From positions 75,595-139,594 of the forward strand of contig NZ_JAXMOQ010000007.1 of assembly GCF_034669765.1 (NCBI RefSeq): 64,000 nucleotides of DNA, read 5' to 3'. Shown here one piece after another: positions 50,401-59,072 of this stretch (position 1 is its first letter; the number at the start of each line of letters is the position of its first letter). A program made the translations under genes and the position numbers. A model generated the notes under the pieces. The model ran no database searches, was not told the origin of the DNA, and saw nothing but the letters and a program-made list of their open reading frames with translations. Origin of the DNA: Roseivirga sp. Lineage in GTDB: Bacteria > Bacteroidota > Bacteroidia > Cytophagales > Cyclobacteriaceae.

Positions 50401-51588
50401 ATGGGAGTTTCATTCAAGCCGATTTTCAACCGAAACAAAACTAAAACCAAGAGCAATCTCTACACTATTCACCTACGGGTGACAATCGATAGGGAGATCC
50501 GGTTCTTTAATCCCAACCTTCCCAAACTAGAAAGTAAATATTGGCAAGGGAGAGAAAACAAATGGGTGAAGGATAGCCATCCGCAAAACCATTTGTTTAA
50601 CAAAGCGCTTATGGACCGAATGCAAGAACTCCAAGAGTACGTAAACAAGCTGTACTTTCTCGATCGTCCAGTAACTTTCCGGCAGCTGTCCGAATTTTTT
50701 GAAAGAAAGGGAGACAAGGAATCTTTCAATGATTATATAGATCACTATTTGAAGATCATCAAGTTTAAATCACCGAACACCCGTAAGAAGTACAATACCT
50801 TCAAGAAGCATATCAAAGAGTTCAATCCAAAAATCAAGTTTAAAGAGTTGGGGGAAGGTCTCATTTTAGAGTACCGGGACTTTCTTTTAAATAAAGGACT
50901 GGTGGGCTCAACCGTAACCAAGTACTTTGATCCATTTAAGAAGATTGCCAGGCATGCTCTTAAAAACGATTATTTAATTCGTGATCCATTTTTTGAGGTC
51001 AAGCTGGAGGTGCCAGTTTCAGTGGTGAAAAGAACAGCTCTTACCATATCAGAAATTGAAGCATTGGTAAACCTTAAGTTCGAGAAAAAGGAAGAACAAT
51101 ATTTAGAGCTGCACCGAGACCTGTTTGTCTTTCAGTGTTTAACTGGGCTATACTATAGTGATGTACGTGGCTTAACGGCCGAGAATTTTATCAATTCTGA
51201 AGCTGGGCTATTACTGGTAAGTGAAAGGTTTAAAAATGGCTACCGCTATATTGTGCCTTTGTACAAGTTTCCAGAAGCAATCAGGCTTTTGAATAAGTAC
51301 AAAGCTGAAGATTCTCCCTTGGTATTTCCAACAGTTGTAGACCAGGCATTTAACAGAGCACTCAAAATAATTGGCCCAATGGCCAAAATAGAAAAGGTGC
51401 TTTATAACAAGGTTGGTCGCCATACATTTTGTGAACTGTTAATATCAAAGGGCTATCCAAGGGAATACGTGGCCAAAATGGCTGGCCACCAAAATTCAAA
51501 AACGACAAAGACTTATTTTGATATAAGCACAAGCCACTTTATTAATGAGCTGAATGGGTTTGGAGCAGTTGAGTTTAAAACTGAATAA
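50401..51588 (+). CDS. int: Tyrosine recombinase/integrase (arm-binding + SAM-like + catalytic domains)
   Basis: N-terminal IHLRVTIDRE arm domain; FQCLTGLYYSD, KVGRHTF, MAGH...TT..Y; ATG 50401 preferred. Confidence 0.92.
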   Translation: MGVSFKPIFNRNKTKTKSNLYTIHLRVTIDREIRFFNPNLPKLESKYWQGRENKWVKDSHPQNHLFNKALMDRMQELQEYVNKLYFLDRPVTFRQLSEFFERKGDKESFNDYIDHYLKIIKFKSPNTRKKYNTFKKHIKEFNPKIKFKELGEGLILEYRDFLLNKGLVGSTVTKYFDPFKKIARHALKNDYLIRDPFFEVKLEVPVSVVKRTALTISEIEALVNLKFEKKEEQYLELHRDLFVFQCLTGLYYSDVRGLTAENFINSEAGLLLVSERFKNGYRYIVPLYKFPEAIRLLNKYKAEDSPLVFPTVVDQAFNRALKIIGPMAKIEKVLYNKVGRHTFCELLISKGYPREYVAKMAGHQNSKTTKTYFDISTSHFINELNGFGAVEFKTE

Positions 51589-51640
51589 TAAATGATAGCA
51601 GTTCCTTAGCCTTTTAAATGTGGAGTAGATTTTCAAGCGC

Positions 51641-52306
51641 TTATCGTTCGTTAGGGTCTACTAGTCCAAATTTTGTCTTTAATCGCTGGAAAACTCCTCC
51701 GGGCTCTGTATCCTCCTCTTTAATAGATGTTAGGGCAACCTCTTTCTCAATTTCATTGACGCCTTCAAACCCTAATTCAATAAGTTTTTTTCTGAATTTG
51801 TGGTTAAGAATAATTGACTTGAAAGTTTGATTGTCAATGGCCTGTTTAGTTTCATGTAATTCTTTAAATTCCTTTTCGAGCTTGGTGTATTCGGCTTTTT
51901 GGTGATTGACTATTTCCCAAAGTTGTTCATTCCTCTTAGTAAGCTCTCCCTCTTCAAAACTCTGCTTTAGCAATTCAACATTCTTTTTGAGTAATTCTAC
52001 AATTTCCTTCCATTGCTCATTTTCCTTCTCCAGTAGTTCGTTTTTCTTTTTTAATGCTTCAATTGTAACTTCTGATTCCTTGTCAAAAAATGGCCATTCA
52101 TCTTTGTCCTCGTTATAAAGGAGCATAAAAACAGGGGTATCAAGCTTTTTGGCAATTTCAAACAGCTTATTAAGTGTTATTTGAGAGCTTCCTCTTTCTA
52201 CTTTACCATAATTTGATTGATTTACACCAATAGCCTCAGCCATTTGGTCTTGACTCAATCCTCTAGAAACTCTTAATTCCTTAATTTTTTTCAGAACATA
52301 GTCCAT
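51641..52306 (-). CDS. XRE-family HTH repressor with C-terminal coiled coil
   Basis: KIKELRVSRGLSQDQMAEAIGVNQSNYGKVERG; ATG 52306 (alternative TTG 52312). Confidence 0.88.
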   Translation of the reverse strand: MDYVLKKIKELRVSRGLSQDQMAEAIGVNQSNYGKVERGSSQITLNKLFEIAKKLDTPVFMLLYNEDKDEWPFFDKESEVTIEALKKKNELLEKENEQWKEIVELLKKNVELLKQSFEEGELTKRNEQLWEIVNHQKAEYTKLEKEFKELHETKQAIDNQTFKSIILNHKFRKKLIELGFEGVNEIEKEVALTSIKEEDTEPGGVFQRLKTKFGLVDPNER

Positions 52307-52307
52307 T

Positions 52308-52404
52308 TTCAAATATAGTATATTTGAATGGAGACTATATTAGTTGTTCTTTAATTATTTTTTATTCAATCCCTTGCGTTTCTAATTAATTAGAAATAGT
52401 TTTG
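52308..52404. promoter_or_regulatory. Divergent switch region: two palindromes and TAnnTTTG promoter elements
   Basis: TTCAAATATA-G-TATATTTGAA (52308-52328); TTTCTAATTAATTAGAAA (52379-52396); TAGTTTTG (52397-52404). Confidence 0.65.
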
Positions 52405-52435
52405 AAATAATTAAAATAGTCTAAAAATAACTACA

Positions 52436-52714
52436 ATGGAAAATCAGTTTCTAATCATCCCTAAAAGTGAGTTTGACGAACTCAAGTTTGGACAGCAAAG
52501 AATACTCGAAGCATTACGGGCGAAGCATGATTCAACTAATACAGATCAATCCGAATACCTGACTACTAAAGAATTTATGGGCAGAGTTAAAATTGCTCGA
52601 TCGAAATTCGATGAATTAGTTGCTGATGGAAAGGTGAAAACTGTTAGGCCAAATGGAGGTAGAAAAATCTATGTGCCAGTAACTGAAGTTGCGAGGTACT
52701 TTGAGGCGGAATAA
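52436..52714 (+). CDS. Excisionase-like HTH_17 DNA-binding protein
   Basis: YLTTKEFMGRVKIARSKFDELVADGKV...GGRKIYV pattern; divergent from the repressor. Confidence 0.8.
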   Translation: MENQFLIIPKSEFDELKFGQQRILEALRAKHDSTNTDQSEYLTTKEFMGRVKIARSKFDELVADGKVKTVRPNGGRKIYVPVTEVARYFEAE

Positions 52715-52718
52715 AAAA

Positions 52719-52743
52719 GCATGGACTGCAATCCATGCCTTTT
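52719..52743 (+). terminator. Intrinsic terminator after xis
   Basis: GCATGGA-CTGCAA-TCCATGC-CTTTT. Confidence 0.65.
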
Positions 52744-52775
52744 CAATTAAGTAATCTAATTAACAAATTATAATC

Positions 52776-53147
52776 ATGACAAATCTACAAAATTCTTTGG
52801 AAAGGTTAAGAACCTTAGCCAATGACCTACCGGAAAATCAGAAAAGCGTAATTCTTGATTCTATCCAAGATATCCATAACACCTGGCGCATTAGTCATCA
52901 TGTGGAAGAACACATAGAGAGCCTGAGACAGTCTTGTATAAATAAAAACATAACTGCGAAGGGCGAAAGGACTATTCGTCATTATATGGCATTGGCCTCT
53001 AGGTTCAAAGAACAAGAACAATCGAACTTTCAAGAGTTCATTACTGCCCTTAAAAAGGAATTTGCTCTTAATGAAAAGGAGCGAGACTACTGGAAGGAAC
53101 AATTCTTAGGAATTAGGGGTGAATTATCAACCACTACTACAGAATAA
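52776..53147 (+). CDS. Hypothetical all-helical protein
   Basis: 123-aa ORF co-oriented within the rightward arm; no motif recognised. Confidence 0.6.
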   Translation: MTNLQNSLERLRTLANDLPENQKSVILDSIQDIHNTWRISHHVEEHIESLRQSCINKNITAKGERTIRHYMALASRFKEQEQSNFQEFITALKKEFALNEKERDYWKEQFLGIRGELSTTTTE

Positions 53148-53152
53148 TTATT

Positions 53153-53173
53153 AGGGGCTTGATGCCCCTTTTT
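53153..53173 (+). terminator. Intrinsic terminator before the DUF3987 gene
   Basis: AGGGGC-TTGAT-GCCCCT-TTTT. Confidence 0.65.
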
Positions 53174-53249
53174 CAAAACTTAATTTTTCAAATCAACAAC
53201 CAGTGTATGACTCCTCATACTTATTCATCACGTCCAATTCAATCTCCCC

Positions 53250-54656
53250 ATGTCCATTGAACCGAAACATGAAAGTCTTGAAACAGCTACTCTATTAGTT
53301 GAGGAAATAGAGAATCATAAGGGTGAATTAGCCAAGGTTGAGACACCACTCTTTCCTGCGCACATTTATAAAATACTTCCAAAATTTCTGAGAGAAACAT
53401 GTGCCTTTTTTGATCAAGGTAGAGATAAGGATGTATTTCTTGCGAGTACACTTACCGTATTAAGCGGCTGTATGCCTGGAGTAAAATTTCAACACGATGG
53501 GAAGACGTACTGGAATAACCTTTTCTTATTCATAATCGCTCCAGCAGCCAGCGGTAAAGGAAAAATGAATTATGGTAAATTTCTAGCCCAACCTATTCAA
53601 AGAAGATACATAAAGGAAAATGACCTGAAAAAAGAGGATTATCAATCACAGCTTTCTCTATATCGAGCAACTCCAGCTAAAGATAGACTATATTCGGCTG
53701 AACCATTAGAACCAGAATACCAATACTTATTCATTCCAGCGAATAGTAGTAGTGCCTCTTTTGTCGAGACTATGGCACGCATGCAAAGTTCCATTCTTTT
53801 TGAGTCTGAAGCCGATACATTAGGCAATACGCTAAAGCAAGATTGGTCTGGGTATAGTGATGTGTTGAGAAAGGCTTTTGAGCATGAAACACATTCTCAA
53901 AACCGAAAGGGACCGGGTAATTATAAAGAAATTGAAGACCCTTGCCTTTCGGTAGCATTGAGCGGTACACCTGGGCAGTTAAGGGGGATTATCCCAAACT
54001 CTGAAGATGGTTTATTCAGTCGGTTTATGTTCTATTACTTCGATGGGGATGAAGAGTTTAGGAACGTCTTTGGCAGTAAATCAAAACCAATACCCTATAG
54101 TGATCAATTAGAGCCTTATTCAAAGGAATTATTACAGATTTATGAAAAGTGCGAAAAATGGGGTGAGGTACGTTTTTCGTGGAAACCAGATCAGGAGAAT
54201 CAATTACAGGACTTATACGAGAAATTGACTAAGTATTATGTCCGATCGTTTGGCTCAGATGTCAAGAGTATCATATTCAGATCAGCAATAATTATTACCC
54301 GAATAGCCTCAATACTAACCGTTCTGCGCACTTGGGAGCGTCAAGACTATTCTAACAACCAACAAGTATGTTCAGGAAAGGACTTTGATATTGCTGTAGC
54401 GTTAGCAGAAACATTCATTGAGCATTCAATGAAAATGCATTCTCATCTTTTGAAAAGAGACCCAACGGATGTATTTCCTCTTAAGAAAAAACAATTCTTT
54501 TTAGCCCTTCCTGATTCTTTTGAAACCAACGAGGCTGAAAGAATAGGCGATGAGCACAGTATCAAGGACAGAACAGTTCGAAAATATTTAAGAGACTGGG
54601 ATATTAATGGACTGCTAGTAAAACTTGATCAAGGAAAATATGAAAAGGCAACATAA
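53250..54656 (+). CDS. DUF3987 P-loop helicase-like replication protein with C-terminal winged helix
   Basis: NLFLFIIAPAASGKG (Walker A), FESEADTL (Walker B), LSVALSGTPGQ, DGLFSRF. Confidence 0.85.
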   Translation: MSIEPKHESLETATLLVEEIENHKGELAKVETPLFPAHIYKILPKFLRETCAFFDQGRDKDVFLASTLTVLSGCMPGVKFQHDGKTYWNNLFLFIIAPAASGKGKMNYGKFLAQPIQRRYIKENDLKKEDYQSQLSLYRATPAKDRLYSAEPLEPEYQYLFIPANSSSASFVETMARMQSSILFESEADTLGNTLKQDWSGYSDVLRKAFEHETHSQNRKGPGNYKEIEDPCLSVALSGTPGQLRGIIPNSEDGLFSRFMFYYFDGDEEFRNVFGSKSKPIPYSDQLEPYSKELLQIYEKCEKWGEVRFSWKPDQENQLQDLYEKLTKYYVRSFGSDVKSIIFRSAIIITRIASILTVLRTWERQDYSNNQQVCSGKDFDIAVALAETFIEHSMKMHSHLLKRDPTDVFPLKKKQFFLALPDSFETNEAERIGDEHSIKDRTVRKYLRDWDINGLLVKLDQGKYEKAT

Positions 54657-54775
54657 CGTGCCGTGTGCCTTTTGTGCCGTTCATACCGCAATTGTGATAA
54701 AACGGCACGAAAGGCATGGACGGCATCTTTAAAATTTAGAAAAAGGCATAAAAGGCACGAATGGCACACGGCACG
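54647..54775. repeat. Iteron-like GGCA repeat cluster with inverted arms (candidate origin)
   Basis: CGTGCCGTGTGCC (54657-54669) / GGCACACGGCACG (54763-54775); GTGCCGTT/AACGGCAC; about 11 GGCA/TGCC units. Confidence 0.8.
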
Positions 54776-54780
54776 ATAAA

Positions 54781-55824
54781 ATGAAATTTATAAATCCATC
54801 ATATCAACTTGAACCAGGAAGTAAGAAGCACATTTGCCCCAGCCCTAGCTGTGGTAAAAAGCGCTTTGTCCGATATGTAGAAAAAGCAACTGGAGACTAT
54901 CTGCCTGAGCAGTACGGCCGCTGTGATCGTGAAGCTAATTGTGGTTACCATCTCAACCCATACAAAGACGGTTATGTAATTAAAGATCAAGACCTTCAGG
55001 GCGGAAAGGTTAATGTAGGTATGGGTAAATCAACCCCCGTTCTCCCGTTCGCGAAGGCGTTCGTTCCTTTTTCTGTGCTTCAGCTAACGCTATTAGCAAA
55101 CGGATATAAACGCAACATATTCATCCAAAACCTTCTGAAAAACATTCCTTTCCCCTTCTCTGAGAAGGATGTGGAGAAAGTAATAGAGCTTTATTACCTC
55201 GGTACATTAAACAAAGGCTATCTGTCGGGTGCACTTACAATTCCCTACATAGATCGTTCGGGGAACGTTCGGGCTGTTCAGGTAAAAACCTTTGATGAAC
55301 AGAACCACACTATTAAAACAAACTTCCTGCATTCCATTGCTGAAAAGCATTACCTAAAACAGGGACATGAAATGCCAAAATGGCTAAAGGATTACTTAAA
55401 GAACGAATCAAAGGTATCATGCCTGTTCGGTGAACATTTACTAGATAAGTATCCGGATAATCCGATAGCACTTGTAGAGGCTCCTAAAACGGCAATCTAC
55501 TCAACGCTGTACTTTGGGTTACCTGATCAACCCGATAACTTTCTTTGGTTGGCAGTTTTTAACCTCAGCAGCTTAAAGCTGGAGAAGTGCAAAGTACTGA
55601 AAGGGCGTAGGATAATACTCTTTCCGGATCTATCTAAAACGGGCAATGCCTTCAAATTGTGGAGTAACAAGGCTGTAGAATTTGAAAAAGAAATGCCAGG
55701 TACCACGTTCACCGTTTCAGATTTGCTTGAACGCAATGCGAACGATCAAGAACGAGAAGCAGGTTTAGATTTAGCTGATTATTTGATAAAGCTAGACTGG
55801 AGAGCGTTCAAAATGGACAAATAA
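54781..55824 (+). CDS. DUF6371 protein with N-terminal Zn ribbon and Toprim-like domain (primase-like)
   Basis: CPSPSCGKKRF...GRCDREANCGYH; CLFGEHLL, IALVEAPKTA, LFPDL, DLADY motifs. Confidence 0.8.
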   Translation: MKFINPSYQLEPGSKKHICPSPSCGKKRFVRYVEKATGDYLPEQYGRCDREANCGYHLNPYKDGYVIKDQDLQGGKVNVGMGKSTPVLPFAKAFVPFSVLQLTLLANGYKRNIFIQNLLKNIPFPFSEKDVEKVIELYYLGTLNKGYLSGALTIPYIDRSGNVRAVQVKTFDEQNHTIKTNFLHSIAEKHYLKQGHEMPKWLKDYLKNESKVSCLFGEHLLDKYPDNPIALVEAPKTAIYSTLYFGLPDQPDNFLWLAVFNLSSLKLEKCKVLKGRRIILFPDLSKTGNAFKLWSNKAVEFEKEMPGTTFTVSDLLERNANDQEREAGLDLADYLIKLDWRAFKMDK

Positions 55825-55859
55825 CTCCTCAGCAAGTGAATTCACCTATTAAAAGTAGT

Positions 55860-55990
55860 TTACGCCATTCCGTTTTTAACACATAGTCAAGCCGTTTTAT
55901 CACGTTTGTGCCGTTTGCGAACGGCACAATAGGCCATTACAAGGCGTTGCAAGCGCCAATGGTGGCCGTTTCAGCCGTTTGAAAACGGCA
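55860..55990. repeat. Second palindrome-rich cluster
   Basis: TTGTGCCGTT-TGCG-AACGGCACAA (55906-55929); GCCGTTT-GA-AAACGGC (55974-55989); several GCCGTT. Confidence 0.75.
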
Positions 55991-56090
55991 GTTACCTCAC
56001 ATGGCGTATTGTAATTTGATTTGTCTTTTAGGTACATAATAATCCTACTGATGACAGTTTTATAGTACTTTAATACACGTTATGGAGCAT

Positions 56091-57065
56091 TCACTTATTT
56101 CTAATCATCAAACCGATAGTCCAAATTGGTTTTTGATCTTTCATGAATATTGTTGAGGCTCTAAACCCTAAAGGTAGGCCAGGAATTGGAACTGTAATAC
56201 CCATGTTTGCACCTGATAATTTTCTCTTACGCTCCCCAGTCAATTGTTCATAAAGCCCCTCATTAAATCCTGTTTGAAATAGCCCAATAAATAATTGGAC
56301 AGGCTTCTTAGCTTGGCTGTCATTATTCAAAGAGAGTCCCTCAAATTCAATTCCCGCATTGAATATTGATTGGCTAAAGTTCAATTGTTCATCATTTGTG
56401 CCTTCATTTAAACTCATATACTTGAAGCCCACATTGGCATATGTGTATAATTGGTAAGCATCATTGGCTAAGGTTCCCTTCTTAATTATATATGTTGGGG
56501 TAAGTGCAATACTCACTCCTCTTGATCCCTGAACCAAAGCATTTATATTTTTTTCAGTGTCTACTGAGATTTCAGAAGCAATATTCGATATGTTGCCTGT
56601 GAGATATAAAATGAACTTGTCTGATATAATATTGAAATCACCAATTTGAATCGGTGCAGAACCGACAAAATTTTCAATATTACCATCTCCGACAAAATTA
56701 TATGAGGCTTCTGCTCCATACCAAAAACTTACGGGAGAACTACCGCTTGCAGTAACTACTACTTCTTCTCCAATGTCATCTGCATCTAATGGTGTAAGAC
56801 TAACTGTCAAAAAATCCGAATTTATTTCAACATATTGAGTACTAAACCCTATGTAGGTAAATTTGAGTGTGTTAAATCCTTCAGGAATTGTAATACTGAA
56901 CTTACCATCAATATCAGTAGAAGTTTCTGATTGAGTGCCTGGAACTAATACTGAGACACCAGGTAAAGGACTACCTGGCTCAATTTGAACAATGCCATTA
57001 ACAATTTTTTGAGCAAATATTAGGTTTGATAAACACAGCATTAAAAGTATGATAATGTATTTCAT
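56091..57065 (-). CDS. Exported protein: SusC-type N-terminal carboxypeptidase-regulatory-like domain fused to a short beta-rich domain
   Basis: Signal peptide; PLPGVSVLV.GT...TSTDIDGKFSI...L.F.YIGF; EEVVVT; only 324 aa. Confidence 0.75.
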   Translation of the reverse strand: MKYIIILLMLCLSNLIFAQKIVNGIVQIEPGSPLPGVSVLVPGTQSETSTDIDGKFSITIPEGFNTLKFTYIGFSTQYVEINSDFLTVSLTPLDADDIGEEVVVTASGSSPVSFWYGAEASYNFVGDGNIENFVGSAPIQIGDFNIISDKFILYLTGNISNIASEISVDTEKNINALVQGSRGVSIALTPTYIIKKGTLANDAYQLYTYANVGFKYMSLNEGTNDEQLNFSQSIFNAGIEFEGLSLNNDSQAKKPVQLFIGLFQTGFNEGLYEQLTGERKRKLSGANMGITVPIPGLPLGFRASTIFMKDQKPIWTIGLMIRNK

Positions 57066-57229
57066 GATAAAGATGGTTTAGTGAAATCAGTGAATACTAC
57101 AAGTACATATGACAGTAATGTAATAATAATAGTGTGGTATTTGGCTATTATTATTTAATAATGTTCCGTTGTGAGAGTTTTAATCGGTTAACCATAGTTT
57201 ACTTAGAAACTTTAAGCGATTTGGATTAA

Positions 57230-57329
57230 GCCGTTGCAGGTATTTTAGCCGTTTGGAAACTGCAGCTTTGGGGCGTTCGTTAGGCGTTCGCGAACGCCAT
57301 GGTCAAGTCGTTCGGGACGTTCGCAAACG
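57230..57329. repeat. Third palindrome-rich cluster
   Basis: GGCGTTCGCGAACGCC perfect 16-mer (57283-57298); CGTTCG x4; CGTTCGCAAACG (57318-57329). Confidence 0.75.
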
Positions 57330-57646
57330 GGGTTTAATCAAAATAATTTGAGTCACAGGGATTTCTTTGTAGAATCGCTTATGTCATTAGATGTTACAGG
57401 TTCACACCAGACTACGTTTGAAATGAACGACTCAGTCTGAACGGATTGGGTTAAGTATCGCCAGAAATGGAATAACGTTTTAATGTTTATTGTTTTTGAC
57501 CCAATTGACGGCCATTATCCATTCTACCTGAATGATGTGAAGGATCGGAAAGAACTGTATGAGGCCTACGAGTCCTATCTACCACAACCCAAGGAAACCA
57601 TACTAGAAGAGAGGGACGTAAAGTCAAATACCAGGATAAACTAAGG

Positions 57647-58066
57647 CTATTCTGGCTTGTGATGACCTTTGCTCAGGTACTTGAATATTTTCTCCTTCCT
57701 ATATTTATCAGCCCAAAACCGATCTACTAAGCCAGGGAAGCATTTGAATATTTTTTCAAACTGCTCTCCAGATCTACTGGTGAAAATATGAGATGTACCT
57801 TTGTCACTGGTTGCCTTTACAATTATCTCAATTTTTTCGAATTTGGGATGATAGGAGTTGGAGAGGTTAAATTCTACATGAATATCTTCTAAAAAGGCAT
57901 TATGATCATCCTTATCAATCAACTGCTTAGCGCTATGATCTGTCTGAAACCACCAGCCCTGTTTCGTTTTCCAGATTTTAAGAAAATGGTGGATGGATTC
58001 TAGCCCATGTCTTCTTAACTGCACAATATATTTACCCGCTTCAACCTTCATAGAACAAAGTAACAA
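57647..58066 (-). CDS. Hypothetical protein (likely start MKVEAG at 58051)
   Basis: Open frame co-oriented downstream of SRAP; no motif recognised. Confidence 0.55.
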   Translation of the reverse strand: MLLCSMKVEAGKYIVQLRRHGLESIHHFLKIWKTKQGWWFQTDHSAKQLIDKDDHNAFLEDIHVEFNLSNSYHPKFEKIEIIVKATSDKGTSHIFTSRSGEQFEKIFKCFPGLVDRFWADKYRKEKIFKYLSKGHHKPE

Positions 58067-58122
58067 GAAGGTAAAATAATAATCAAATTAGTAATGAACT
58101 AAATATATTAGTTTTCACTAAT

Positions 58123-58959
58123 TCAGAATAAACTGCCTTGTTCAAATGATTGAGCATAATGTTTCCACCCTCCTTTTAACGCCTCGTATTCCATTGGTTC
58201 TAACACTTCTGGAATGTTGGCATTCGCGGTTTTAGCCTTTAATCCTTGTCGTACAGGGACGGCCTTCATGCCATCACTTGGGAAAGGTTTAGCAAATTTC
58301 ATTAGTCCTTCAAGCGTTTGGCTTTCCTCTAACCAGTTACTCCACTCTTGGGGCAATAGAATTACAGGCATTCGAGAGCCGCTATGTGCATTAGGGTTAT
58401 TATGAATCACTGACATTAGCTCATTTGGCTTAGTAGTAAGTATGCTAAATGAATTGATGATTTCACCAGTATCAGTGTCGTTCCAACTGTCCCATAGGCC
58501 AGCAAATGCAAACATTGGGTGGTCTTGGAGACTAATCAAATGAGGATAGGTTTGCTTGTTATTCCTATGGTGATAGAACTCGAAAAAGCCAGTCGCTAAA
58601 ACTAAACACCTTCTTGTTTTGTAAAGCCTCTTCCATGTTGGTTTTTCAGCCATTGTTTCCATCATTGCATTGGCAGTTTTGGAATAGTAATTACCAAAGT
58701 CCCAAGGGTGCAAATGCCTCCCATCCTTTTCTATATACTTGGCAAATGGTGGTATCAGACCCCAATGGAAAAACTGTATCTCTGAAGGCTTATCTTGAGT
58801 GATTACAGGCATAGAAGGGTGCCAATCCTTGTAGGCATCCATGAAGTAAAATTGATTGCCAAAATCTAGGAGCTTTTGAATTTCGTTACCGGTTAACTTC
58901 TGGTAAAACTTATTGACCTCCATTTCCTCTTTGTAGGACATCGAATAGCTATAGCACAT
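58123..58959 (-). CDS. SOS response-associated peptidase (SRAP/HMCES/YedK family)
   Basis: N-terminal Met-Cys, WGLIPPF, RCLVLATGFFEF, FAFAGLWDSW, SFSILT, IH...RMPVIL. Confidence 0.92.
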   Translation of the reverse strand: MCYSYSMSYKEEMEVNKFYQKLTGNEIQKLLDFGNQFYFMDAYKDWHPSMPVITQDKPSEIQFFHWGLIPPFAKYIEKDGRHLHPWDFGNYYSKTANAMMETMAEKPTWKRLYKTRRCLVLATGFFEFYHHRNNKQTYPHLISLQDHPMFAFAGLWDSWNDTDTGEIINSFSILTTKPNELMSVIHNNPNAHSGSRMPVILLPQEWSNWLEESQTLEGLMKFAKPFPSDGMKAVPVRQGLKAKTANANIPEVLEPMEYEALKGGWKHYAQSFEQGSLF

Positions 58960-59072
58960 ATATCATTATTTAGCCCTTCCTGGCTTAAAAGTATACAACC
59001 AATCATAAGCATTGGCTAATAGTACTTTATTAAAAGTAGATAATAAAGGAGATAATGGAAAAAGCTTCATGG

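Noticed and set aside
51641-52306. S24 peptidase (LexA/CI-type self-cleaving) domain in the repressor
   Set aside because: The C-terminus is coiled-coil-like with no Ser-Lys dyad motif, so RecA-induced cleavage is not supported.
57275-57289. GTTC-N7-GTTC alphaproteobacterial LexA box
   Set aside because: A by-product of the local 11-bp periodicity; the host is Bacteroidota and no SOS gene is positioned behind it.
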